Under the pieces are notes generated by a model, which saw only the letters and a program-made list of their open reading frames with translations, was not told the DNA's origin and made no database searches. A stretch of 64,000 nucleotides of DNA from Phallusia mammillata (lineage: Eukaryota), in assembly GCA_965637545.1 (NCBI GenBank), contig OZ281497.1, positions 20,894,001 to 20,958,000 of the forward strand, given 5' to 3'. How positions within the stretch are numbered: the stretch's first letter is position 1; each line of letters opens with the position of its first letter. Made by a program: the position numbers and the translations under genes. Below are positions 52,545 to 64,000 of the stretch, piece by piece.

Positions 52545-53822
52545 TTAATATAGGTCCTGATCAGCCCAATGAAATTCTCTTGATTTATCTTTAAAAACAT
52601 GAAGAAAGTTGCAAGTATCCCAATGTGAACAATTACCCCGGCGGTAATGCATTCCACAAATTGCTTTCTTCCAACTTCGAATCTTAACAAATTTGCATTG
52701 CAACAGTTTTCCATCATAAAATCGGTTGTTCAATTTTTCAAAGGCTACCTTAGCCTCAGGTTTTTTGTCATACTCAACATAAACGTTTCCTTGCAGATGT
52801 TTCGTCCGGTTACAGCACACTTTGAATTGAAACAACTTTCCATATTTTTTTAACTCCCTCAGTACATCTTTAGAAAATTCCAGAAAACTATCATACATAT
52901 CATCATCACTGTATTCAAGGCCTAAATCATGAATATCACCCCTTTTACCACCACCACGTTTTGCCCTGTGAGTCATGTCAAGGCCAAAAGTTTTAAACAT
53001 ACCAGGAATTAGTATAGTTGTACTAACACGTGCAGTTTTATGCCTTCGTGTGCACTCATCTCCAAAACGACAGCAACCAATCGTGTCATAAAAGAAGCAA
53101 CGCTCTTTTTTCTGGACAGGTATTTCTTTTTCAATGACTTGTTTTTGTGCGGATATCTGCGGTGTTTGAAATGTTGATGATTGGACAACAGTTTCAACAG
53201 TGGTTTCATTTGTAGTCTCAACATAGGGATTATGCCATTCTTCAATCTCAACATCCAGATTTGTTAAAAGTGCTTCAATTTCATTGTCTTTTGCATTTGT
53301 ATTACATTCTATAACTTCACTCACTTTACCATTTTCCTTGATATCTGATGAGGTGCTAGGGTTGTGAATGTCATTCGCTGCAGTTTTAGTAGTTTCACTA
53401 TCTTCTTCAATCTGATTTGGGACTTTGGATGACACTTGTTTTGTTTTCTCGAAACCAGACTGCTCAGCAGCTAAGATAATTTGCACTTGATCCATTAAGT
53501 GTCCAATAGCAAATGGATCCATTACTTTTACATTGCTTCCTTCTTGTGTCTCACAGATGGAAGTATTGTTCCATTTTTTAGTTTGTAGTTTAATTGCAAT
53601 CATATGTCGCTTTGCTTTGCGTTTGTGCTTTTTAATAATTTTTCTTCGATTTTTGTAATTTAGTGTTTTTGAAACCTTGACTACTGACTCCCAATCCATC
53701 AATGACTTTTGATCATCTTTGTTCATGCCTAGTTCTATTAGAGTGTGTGTATCACTGAATTTTATCCACATTGCTTGTGTTAAGTAGAAAGGAAATGTGC
53801 CATGTGCACTTTCTGTATGCAC
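52545..53822 (-). CDS. ZRSR2: U2AF35-related CCCH-UHM-CCCH splicing factor (ZRSR2/URP), single exon
   Basis: CFFYDTIGCCRFGDECTRRH, LEYSDDDMYDSFLEF, QFKVCCNRTKHLQGNVYVEY, WKKAICG...CNFLHVF...ADQDLY. The basic N-terminal KKHKRKAKRH and the LEYS insert are typical of ZRSR rather than U2AF1. The true start may be Met at 53726. Confidence 0.88.
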   Translation of the reverse strand: MHTESAHGTFPFYLTQAMWIKFSDTHTLIELGMNKDDQKSLMDWESVVKVSKTLNYKNRRKIIKKHKRKAKRHMIAIKLQTKKWNNTSICETQEGSNVKVMDPFAIGHLMDQVQIILAAEQSGFEKTKQVSSKVPNQIEEDSETTKTAANDIHNPSTSSDIKENGKVSEVIECNTNAKDNEIEALLTNLDVEIEEWHNPYVETTNETTVETVVQSSTFQTPQISAQKQVIEKEIPVQKKERCFFYDTIGCCRFGDECTRRHKTARVSTTILIPGMFKTFGLDMTHRAKRGGGKRGDIHDLGLEYSDDDMYDSFLEFSKDVLRELKKYGKLFQFKVCCNRTKHLQGNVYVEYDKKPEAKVAFEKLNNRFYDGKLLQCKFVKIRSWKKAICGMHYRRGNCSHWDTCNFLHVFKDKSREFHWADQDLY

Positions 53823-56090
53823 TCACATCACTCAGTACAAAACAGGGAACAAACGTGAAAATTATGTAGATATATGAGTGATGGGTCTTTTCAGTTAGCT
53901 GTGAAACGACTGTAGAAACATTACATTTACATTGCCCTGAAATAAAACTGTATTACATTATTTCCTCCTTAAAACCTTGACGAAATGGTGTATACGTGTC
54001 TACTCTACTCCTACGTTTATTCGCTTATTTCACCAAGCGAAGTGGTCAAGTGACTGAAACTGAACACGAGCAAAAGCTACACATTGTGCCTAATCAACCG
54101 TGACGGCCATAACATTGTAATAAATTGTGTGAATTAAGTTATCTATGGTGATATCATTGTGGTGTAGTTTTTAGCTCAGAAGTGATTTTTATGTTTACTT
54201 GTTTTCACAAAATTATTTCTCTAAATTATTTCTGAATCAAATTAAAAATGGCTTTGACGTAATGAATAAATATATGTTCCGTCTTTGCAAAAAAGTGCTT
54301 ACTGGTATACTTTTCAGAAAATACCAAGGGCGCTAAACCGTGACTAGAGATAATCCCCGCATCTACATTCGGCCCAAAATATAATTTTCTGGTGAGGGTA
54401 GTGAGGTTGTTTGGAAAGGGAATTTTGTTTTTGACGTGGATTGCCAGTTAGCGCAGTACACCATCCCAACAGAGTAGTTCAAACACAGACGCTATCACAA
54501 CAAGTGGAATGGTAAATGTTTGAATGACCATTTCGTGGAACGGGCAAGTCCGTTCTGTTTCTTACTCTTGGGCCTATGCATTGTTTGATAGTTTGTCAGT
54601 GTTCAGCCGTGTTTTGTCCGGTTTCGGTGTCATACGTATTTTTTTGCTGGAATATGTTGTGCTGATTAAAACTTATTGACTTACTAAACTTAATGATCGT
54701 GCTTCCCGTTTCAAAAAGGAAGTGTTTAAATGAGCGCATCAAAGTGCTGACAATGAAGTAAACGTAGTTGAAATATAAAAACGTGATCCAAATGACTAAA
54801 CCGGCAGCATTTCCAGCACTGAGATGAAGTCACACAGTTTGTTGTTCATTCATGCGCTTGGCCCACGCCTTTGCATACGTCACCAGCGGACGTTTTGTTG
54901 ATTGAGATTAACGCATAGCAAAGGGCTGAGCTGTTCTGTGTTGAAGTCGGTATCCTATTGAAAGTAAGTGATATTTGGAAAGCGACCTTTTGACGTAAAC
55001 CTAGCAATTATATTTGTAACATGATCTTGCGTGAGTGTTACATAAATAACAGTGAGGTATTCTCGGGAGTGACAGAGTTGTCTGGGCTTTTGTCGATAGA
55101 ACATCGTATGAACTGTCTTTTATTGGGTGTTTATCAAACAAGAAAGATGACTGTGCGAAGAAGTTTTTTTACAATGTTACGTCAACGTAGGGTGCTAGTC
55201 AAACATGTTGTTGACGTTGTGTTTTCGCAACATCGTTTCATCGTTCAAACGTGATTTTGACAAAGTGAGTCATATTCAGATGCTTAGCGTGTGTAAGTCT
55301 ATTTACAAACCGTTTTTCTTTTTGTAGGCACAGCGCATGTACGTAAATTTGTTGGTGATGAAATATATACAAGTAGGAATCGGGTGGGCATAGTTTTGTT
55401 GCTTGACGTGCTGTTAAAAATAATGTAACGGCGCTCAGTGTATACTTGCAAGAGGAATGTGTAACGTTGCTTTATTGAAAGCTGACTGTATTCACGCCAT
55501 AAAGTTATATTCAAAGATATAATGTTCAAATAGCTGCAGGCTAACTTTATGGCGTGTATCAACTGCATGTCTAAGTTTTCAGCAGGTTTGAAAGTTTGTA
55601 CAGGTGTATTAAGACAGTAGATTTGTGAGGCTACTATAATTCCTGATAAAATGTGATAAATGAGTTGAAAACGCGGCAGGTAAAATACGTGCTGACACTT
55701 TATTTGCGATGCTATACCAAGCCATACTTCATACTGTCCGACAGTCAAGACATGATTTGTCTGTTGAACGTACGTGACGTCTTTACGTTGTTGGCAAAGC
55801 TAATTTCAGGGTCCACTGCCTTTGCAGGCAGGGGTAAAGAGAAACCGACTTGTGAGGTGATCAACAACGAAGACCAGTTAGACTTGACGTGTATTAGTCG
55901 GGCAACTTATCTGCATCGAGTCAAACAACAAAATATTTTTGAAACTGTACTGGATATTCCAAAGTACATCTATTTTGCTGGCTTAATGCATACTGTTACG
56001 TGGCGCATTTAAACTTTTGCTTGTTTTGTAGACTAACTTTAGTAGCGCTGTTATTGTGTTTTCCCGGCAAACAGAAGAACATACAAAGAA

Positions 56091-59000
56091 ATGAGAATAC
56101 CTGCATTGTTGCTCTTCATTCTTATTGCATTCAATGGATGTAAAGGTCAGTAGGTTAGATAAGCGATTCTAACCTTGTTTCAAGGGCCTTTTTTATGAGC
56201 CATATTTCGGTTATGTTGTAACTTTTAGTTCAAGAATAGTCGCTGAATTTCCTTAGAAATGGTTTTAGATCGATCTATAGATCATTTACTAAGTGCTAAA
56301 ATATAAAACATTGTTAGTAAATTAATTTCCGATACTTAAATGTTAATTACCACAATACAAGAACTATAATACATACTTTTTAACTTTAAGATTTTTAAGA
56401 TTCACATGCCTCTTTATGACCCTAAATAGGAATTTTTATTTCAGAGCATTTGGTACATATTAATCACGTTAAGCCTTTAAACCACACTTTAATCTAATTG
56501 AATTGCTATTTAATGCCAAAGGAGCGTAGGAAGTAGGTAGTGATATTCCATTGATAACTGACTCAGCGTAGCGTGTTGTCATACCACAGTATTATACGCA
56601 TGGGCATCAGGATATTACTTCAACCATGGGCTGTCATCGCGTATATAGCGGTAAGCTAAATAGGTTTGCTATTAGGCGCTGTGCAGACAGTGCATAGCAA
56701 AAGTATCTGTAGTCAAATACGACATCTTACATCTATACAGTTGTATTTCACCCAACATTGTTTCCTTTTGTTGAAATAAATCTGTGAATTGAAACACTTG
56801 TTTGTCCTGAAACGAGTACGAGTATACCTGCGTTACAAGGATACGAAACATCCTACCGTATTTGTACAACATAAGGATAATGACACCCTTGCAACGTACA
56901 TCGCATGAATAAAGACTGTCCCTAATGTTTTCATTGATAAAAATATTTTGAACACAATCGATAACATTGTTGACATAGGTAGGGTTACAAATGAGGTTTA
57001 AATGGTAAGCCTGCAAAATAAACAGCATGAAGTTTTTCTAATCAATAAACCTCACGGCAATTTGACGCAACTTTTGTTGTCTAAAATTCCCTCCAACTAC
57101 AAATCTTCGCACTATACTTATGTAATATATTTTTTAACTCAAACATATCCTTTTTAATTATTGTTAGAACTAAAAGCGCTCTTTAGTGAGGTCCATATGG
57201 CTTCATGAGGATGTAAACATAACCAATGATTGTCCTCGGGGCATCCGAGTCTTCCTTTCGAATTTTAGGAAACGTTTTAGGAAAGGAACCATGCTGAGGT
57301 TTTCGTTTAGGCAGGTTTTGTTTTACCTGCAAACCCACGAGTTCAACCATAGTTTAATGCAACCTGCTGTACCCAACCAGATTGTTTGACCGGTTGTGAT
57401 TCTGCAGCAACACATACACAGGGCACTTCAGCTCAAACACCATTAATTCGAATCACCTGGACTCGATAACCAATGCTTTCAAATCAGAGAAAAACAACAA
57501 AATAAAAAGTTTACCATCCCTTTTGTGGCCCGGGAGCCTGACTACAGGAAAAGACTATTTCTTGAGTCATGGAATATTCACCAACGGGGCAACACAATGA
57601 ACATCAAAACAGACGTGATGCTTCCAGCGTGCTACAGGCACCTGCTAAAAGATTAGAGGCCAATCTTTTGTTATCGCGCGGTGATTTCGTTGCGTTGTGA
57701 CGTGCTTGTGTTCCATTCTTTTTTCCTTTGTTCATGCACTGTACTAGTCGCATTCAGTGTTATTTACCCTGATGAAGACGACCTGTATAGGACGTCGAAA
57801 CGTTGGAATAAAATTACATTTGCCAGAAGAGCTCTTTAAACTTGATACTATGCCTGGCAGCAATAGCTTATAAACCATCCCTTTTGTCGGGATTTAGGAG
57901 TTACATTTAGGTAGGCGAGCAATATTTTGACAACATATTGTATTGCAAAATTTCAGCTCAACCTATCGACATTGTGTTTCTGGTGGACAGCACTTCATCA
58001 ATAACAAATGCTCAGTTTGAAACGTACAGGAATGCTTTTCTAACATTAGCTGATAGTCTTGGAACGGGGTTTGCCTCAAATCTTCTGCAAGTAGCTATTC
58101 TTCAGTACGGAAACAACAACATTTTGGGGTAAATAGATTTTATGCATATAAAAATGATTTCTATGGACAGTGATAAATTCCTTGTATTTGAAATTATACC
58201 TAAAAAAACAAATTTGCAGCCAAACAATTTCATGCATATCTCATTGACAGCCTTGACTACAACGACAACAGCTTTTACCAGAATCCTACCACTCTTGGAA
58301 ATTGCTCCACAGTCCAATGCTTCAGGAATGCTGTGACTACTAATATGCCCCATCTTCTGGCAGGAAACACCTTTACTGCAACCGCCATCGAGAGAGCTGT
58401 AAAAGTAAGTGACGTTGGCCTGAACAAAATAATAGGTGGAAAACATAAGACATTTAACAATGTGCGCTGTTTAGATCGACTTTGCTAACTCTGCTAACGC
58501 TGCAACTTCTACGAAGTTTCTTATCCTCACAACGGATGGTGCTGCAACCGACGCCCACTTATTGGCAACCAGGTTGGTGATCTCTGTCCGGAAATAATTC
58601 AAAAACGTTTTAAATTTTAGCGTCCAGTTGCCTAACTTACAGCCGTTCTCAATCATTTTGTCCTGGAGAATTTAGTGGTTTACACTTTTAACTGTTTTCT
58701 GTGCGTTTTTTGATGCACGATGGCGCCTACATACATGCGAAACAACTATTGATTGCAAATCAATTAGGTAATTTCTTTTGCTTTTTATGGGACCAAATAA
58801 AACCTTGTTTAAAGGACCGGATAAGCACAAATTTTGTCGATCAGATTTCGTTTACTAGTAAAACCTTCTGTTTTGCAAGAAACAAAACTGCGTACTTTTT
58901 ATCTCTGTAACAGTAATGCTATTTTGCCCAAAGTGGGACTGTTTGTAAAAGCATCAAGCCTGTTTGGGTTTGGGGTGGTTACATGTAGCAACATGCTGTA

Positions 59001-59957
59001 TAACACATGTTTGGTGTGGACAAAGATGTTTATTGATACCGTCCGAAGGTTTGCTCAGGCAGATATGGTAACCCTATTTTATGGCAACTTCCTAGTTCGT
59101 TCAAAATTCGTTCACACGTCAATGTTTGATTATTGTTGCATTTTGTTCAATTTGAAAATAACATAGGTATATAGAATCTGTCTTAACTTATTTAAAAACT
59201 GGAAATTGGATTGTCTTGGGTTTTGAAGGTAACTCATGCTATTTATACAGTCGTACTTAAGTTAAATATTTAGAACATATCAATACCACAACTATTGTAT
59301 TTATTTTGACCAGTTACGGCTTCACCAGTAGCGCCAACATCACAGTGTACGCTATCGGAATTGGGTCTGAGGTTGTTCAAAGTGAGCTTCAAACCATTGC
59401 CAACAACGGCGTCAGCAACGACAGAGTCACAGTGTTGACCGATTTTTCAACTCTTGGTGAAACCCTAGTAAACATTTCGTCAAGCCTTATACCGGAAGGT
59501 AACTAAACTGATATAAAGTACGAAATCAGTTACCTTGTTTCAGTTACAAAGGAAACGCTCCAGCGCTTGGTTTTAACCTTCGTAAACGTTTCTAAAATCA
59601 AACCGTTTTACCTCTGGTGTGGTCTACAATTATGACTTTCGGAAAGTTTTTAAAATAGTTAATTGTAACGAAAAGTTAAAAAAAATTTACGCATACAATT
59701 GCACAGTAGCAATTTTTTTTAATATTAAAGCGTGAAGAAATTTCACTCTTTTACAAATATGCCAAAAAGGTCTTTATGTTTATTGTGTCTAATGCCCCCC
59801 TGCTTTGTTGCTTCGGTACTCTAGGTCAAATTTTTAACTTTGATTTTGCAGCACCAACAACGACACAACAAACAACAACAACAACAACGAGTACTACAAC
59901 ACCATCAACAACAATAACAACAATGACCCAAGTCGGTGCGACGACTCCAACAGCAAC

Positions 59958-59994
<37 letters not shown>

Positions 59995-62900
59995 ACAGGT
60001 TTGTTCAAACTGTAAAATGCGATGAAAATTCTAGTTGTTGGACTTCCTTTATTTTATAGCTAATTACGTTTTTTAAATTCTAAAAAAAGTAACAAAAAAC
60101 TACAGATCAGTCGAATGGTTTTTATTTTGGGTGGCAGGTGCTGGAACAACGTTGCGACCAAGTTCGTTTCTAATCTTATTGGTCTGTGCTGTTTTGCTTT
60201 TTTAACTAGATACTATTGACGATCTTTATTTCATTATTGCACCATTTACCAATTTTGTTATAGTTTTATAGTTTATATATTCCGATTTCCACAAAGTTCA
60301 GTTTGTAGACTTTTTGCTTGTGCTTATGTAGTATAACTACACGTATTTACGCTCTCCTGGATCTGTTCAAAAACCAATGCTTACAGCTATGACTGCCGCA
60401 TATACTGCGCTTTGTTGAAATAACCCGTTCATCGATCTAAGTGTACAGAAGTGTGACTGAAAAACACTCTATAACGTGCACTGGAAATGCTTTTCGATTT
60501 TTGTTGGACTTTGTGGTGGTATAAATTGGTGAACGTAGTTGCGAAACACACCGCTAGATCTTGGGAAGATAATGGCGAAACAGCAACCCTCGTGTCTAGC
60601 ACCACATGTATAGGTGCCGATACCTGCAGGAAAATTGAGCTACGGTATTTGTTACTGCGTTTTTTTAAAACATGTGTATTGAAGTTACCGTACCAATTGG
60701 GAAAGATTGGCCCCCGGAAAATTTTATTTCGTGTTGTTTGACGAATATTTAAAACAGGCAATTTCTAACATCTTATAACCAGATGTTGGGCGTCTGTTGA
60801 AAACGTACGACTTTCCTATTTTTCATAAAAAGCATTTAATATTCTATACTACATTATCTTATGTTTTACACTTCGAAACCCATGGCATGGTCAACTGTCA
60901 CATGCGTGCCGTATGTTACCTTTTGAACGATCTTTGATCGCAATGAAATTTTGCTTTAGTTGCGACATTACTAAATTTGTATTGCAGCTGTACACTTCCA
61001 TATACGGAGACCACGTTGGTCAGACAAAATAATAAATTAAGGGCTTGTTTGCTATTGTTAGTCAAAACGTATTTGTTGACTTAATGATTGTTTTTCTAGT
61101 TGTGTGGCAATGTTTTTATATCTCATTTATTTTACGCTCCACTGCGTATTAATGATTGCGCAACTTCGTGATTGCGCAGCTATTAAATCAATTTATTTTC
61201 ATTTTTGTCCACAAAATAACACAGCAGTTTTTATTTACCTGCTAAAAGATTAGAGGCCAATCTTTTGTTATCGCGCGGTGATTTTGTTGCATTGTGACGT
61301 GCTTGTGTTCCATTCTTTTTACCTTTGTTTATGCACTGTACTAGTCGCATTCAGTGTTATTTACCCTGATGAAGACGACCTGTATAGGACGTCGAAACGT
61401 CGGAATAAAATTACATTTGCCAGAAGAGCTCTTTAAACTTGATACTATGCCTGGCAGCAATAGCTTATAAACCATCCCTTTTGTCGGGATTTAGGAGTTA
61501 CATTTAGGTAGGCGAGCAATATTTTGACAACATATTGTATTGCAAAATTTCAGCTCAACCTATCGACATTGTGTTTCTGGTGGACAGCACTTCATCAATA
61601 ACAAATGCTCAGTTTGAAACGTACAGGAATGCTTTTCTGACATTAGCTGATAGTCTTGGAACGGGGTTTGCCTCAAACCTTCTGCAAGTAGCTATTCTTC
61701 AGTACGGAAACAACAACATTTTGGGGTAAATAGATTTTATGCATATAAAAATGATTTCTATGGACAGTGATAAATTCCTTGTATTTGAAATTATATACCT
61801 AAAAAAACAAATTTGCAGCCAAACAATTTCATGCATATCTCATTGACAGCCTTGACTACAACGACAACAGCTTTTACCAGAATCCTACCACTCTTGGAAA
61901 TTGCACCACAGTCCAATGCTTCAGGAATGCTGTGACTACTAATATGCCCCATCTTCTGGCAGGAAACACCTTTACTGCAACCGCCATCGAGAGAGCTGTA
62001 AAAGTAAGTGACGTTGGCCTGAACAAAATAATAGGTGGAAAACATAAAGACCTTTAACAATGTGCGCTGTTTAGATCGACTTTGCTAACTCTGCTAACGC
62101 TGCAACTTCTACGAAGTTTCTTATCCTCACAACGGATGGTGCTGCAACAGACGCCCACTTATTGCCAACCAGGTTGGTGTTACACTATGACTATACGAGT
62201 CGCCTGTATGGTAGGGTTGCCGGATGCCCGGAATTTTCTGGACAAGTCCGGAATTTAGACCTTGTTAAAGCGACCGGATCGCCCCAAAACTTTGTCGATC
62301 AGATTTCGCGTGCTTTTTATCTCTGTAACAGTAATGCTATTTTGCCCAAAGTGGGACTGTTTGTAAAAGCATCAAGCCTGTTTGGGTTTGGGGTGGTTAC
62401 ATGTAGCAACATGCTGTATAACACATGTTTGGTGTGGACAAAGATGTTTATTGATACCGTCCGAAGGTTTGCTCAGGCAGATATGGTAACCCTCATGCTA
62501 TTTATACAGTCGTACTTAAGTTAAATATTTAGAACATATCAATACCACAACTATTGTATTTATTTTGACCAGTTACGGCTTCACCAGTAGCGCCAACATC
62601 ACAGTGTACGCTATCGGAATTGGGTCTGAGGTTGTTCAAAGTGAGCTTCAAACCATTGCCAACAACGGCGTCAGCAACGACAGAGTCACAGTGTTGACCG
62701 ATTTTTCAACTCTTGGTGAAACCCTAGTAAACATTTCGTCAAGCCTTATACCGGAAGGTAACTAAACTGATATAAAGTACGAAATCAGTTACCTTGTTTC
62801 AGTTACAAAGGAAACGCTCCAGCGCGTGGTTTTAACCTTCGTAAACGTTTCTAAAATCAAACCGTTTTACCTCTGGTGTGGTCTACAATTATGACTTTCG

Positions 62901-63215
62901 GAAAGTTTTTAAAATAGTTAATTGTAACGAAAAGTTAAAAAAAATTACGCATACAATTGCACAGTAGCAATTTTTTTTAATATTAAAGCGTGAAGAAATT
63001 TCACTCTTTCACAAATATGCCAAAAAGGTCTTTATGTTTATTGTGTCTAATGCCCCCCTGCTTTGTTGCTTCGGTACTCTAGGTCAAATTTTTAACTTTG
63101 ATTTTGCAGCACCAACAACGACACAACAAACAACAACAACAACAACGAGTACTACAACACCATCAACAACAATAACAACAATGACCCAAGTCGGTGCGAC
63201 GACTCCAACAGCAAC

Positions 63216-63276
<61 letters not shown>

Positions 63277-63280
63277 ACAG
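56091..63280 (+). CDS. Secreted protein of tandem VWA domain + Thr-rich (mucin-like) modules; continues beyond the window
   Basis: Signal exon 56091-56145 (MRIPALLLFILIAFNGCK|G). Module 1: 57957-58128, 58251-58404, 58475-58572, 59314-59498, 59852-59998. Module 2: 61554-61725, 61850-62003, 62075-62172, 62573-62757, 63110-63280. VWA motifs DIVFLVDSTSSI, GNTFTATAI, LILTTDG, ITVYAIGIG. Splice phases are consistent. Confidence 0.85.
57527..57873 (+). mobile_element. 5'-truncated Penelope-like retroelement (GIY-YIG endonuclease C-terminus + pLTR)
   Basis: Encodes AREPDYRKRLFLESWNIHQRGNTMNIKTDVMLPACYRHLLKD* (TAG at 57654-57656), the characteristic PLE endonuclease tail. Flanked by a 14-bp duplication, ACCATCCCTTTTGT (57513-57526, 57874-57887). 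Confidence 0.8.
57760..57811 (+). ncRNA. Minimal type I hammerhead ribozyme motif, copy 1 (GUU triplet)
   Basis: UUAUU(UA)CC-CUGAUGA-A-GACGACCU(GUAU)AGGACGUC-GAAA-CGUU-GGAAUAA. Confidence 0.7.
61357..61408 (+). ncRNA. Minimal type I hammerhead ribozyme motif, copy 2 (GUC triplet)
   Basis: Same as copy 1 but reads GAAACGUC. Confidence 0.72.
62212..62493. mobile_element. Internally deleted TAGGGTTGCC-type hAT element in the third VWA intron
   Basis: Left TIR TAGGGTTGCC at 62212 and right-end TATGGTAACCCT at about 62483-62493 (intact right TIR at 59064-59076 in unit 1). No TSD recovered. Confidence 0.5.
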
Positions 63281-64000
63281 GTTTGTTCAAACTGTAAAAT
63301 GCGATGAAAATTCTAGTTGTTGGACTTCCTTTATTTTATAGCTAATTACGTTTTTTAAATTCTAAAAAAAGTAACAAAAAACTACAGATCAGTCGAATGG
63401 TTTTTATTTTGGGTGGCAGGTGCTGGAACAACGTTGCGACCAAGTTCGTTTCTAATCTTATTGGTCTGTGCTGTTTTGCTTTTTTAACTAGATACTATTG
63501 ACGATCTTTATTTCATTATTGCACCATTTACCAATTTTGTTATAGTTTTATAGTTTATATATTCCGATTTCCACAAAGTTCAGTTTGTAGACTTTTTGCT
63601 TGTGCTTATGTAGTATAACTACACGTATTTACGCTCTCCTGGATCTGTTCAAAAACCAATGCTTACAGCTATGACTGCCGCATATACTGCGCTTTGTTGA
63701 AATAACCCGTTCATCGATCTAAGTGTACAGAAGTGTGACTGAAAAACACTCTATAACGTGCACTGGAAATGCTTTTCGATTTTTGTTGGACTTTGTGGTG
63801 GTATAAATTGGTGAACGTAGTTGCGAAACACACCGCTAGATCTTGGGAAGATAATGGCGAAACAGCAACCCTCGTGTCTAGCACCACATGTATAGGTGCC
63901 GATACCTGCAGGAAAATTGAGCTACGGTATTTGTTACTGCGTTTTTTTAAAACATGTGTATTGAAGTTACCGTACCAATTGGGAAAGATTGGCCCCCGGA

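Larger units (their letters stand above)
57640..64000 (+). repeat. Near-identical tandem duplication (unit 1 57640-61236; unit 2 from 61237 to beyond the window)
   Basis: Offset is 3597 bp at the start and about 3259 bp after intron indels. Exons differ by a handful of substitutions and by four extra GCAACA units. Confidence 0.9.

Noticed and set aside
54000-56000. Several 60-150 aa ORFs in the ZRSR2-VWA intergenic region (and 56672-57028)
   Set aside because: No recognisable motifs, splice pattern or repeat ends; cannot be supported.
59826-60008. Val/Ala-rich minus-strand ORFs (also 63084-63290)
   Set aside because: Antisense shadow of the Thr/Ala mucin exon.

Overview
AT-rich eukaryotic (animal) DNA with compact genes and many 50-90 nt GT-AG introns. 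It is most consistent with an ascidian/tunicate, but that is an inference. Bases 1-48,100 hold a minus-strand tandem array of five paralogous units, which I label EFG-1 to EFG-5. I rebuilt their exons by hand. Architecture: signal peptide-cbEGF-EGF-FN3-EGF(7 Cys)-3-Cys module-FN3-Thr linker/half-EGF-cbEGF-EGF-FN3-Thr-rich/GPI-like tail. All internal exons are phase 1-1. In EFG-3/4/5 one EGF exon reads through to a conserved stop upstream of the FN3+GPI exons, which suggests secreted versus GPI-anchored isoforms. The spacers carry a full-length BEL/Pao LTR retrotransposon (31504-39075; 669-bp LTRs with 2 mismatches seen; GGGAA TSD; four ORF lesions) and a truncated, related BEL element at the homologous position. 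The array also holds many hAT-type MITEs with 8-bp TSDs. Next come EXOSC1 (head-to-head with EFG-5), a C6orf163-like coiled-coil gene, an intronless ZRSR2 lacking the RS tail, and a secreted gene built of near-identical VWA + Thr-rich repeats that runs off the right edge. Three Penelope-type minimal hammerhead ribozyme motifs lie in the sense orientation inside introns.
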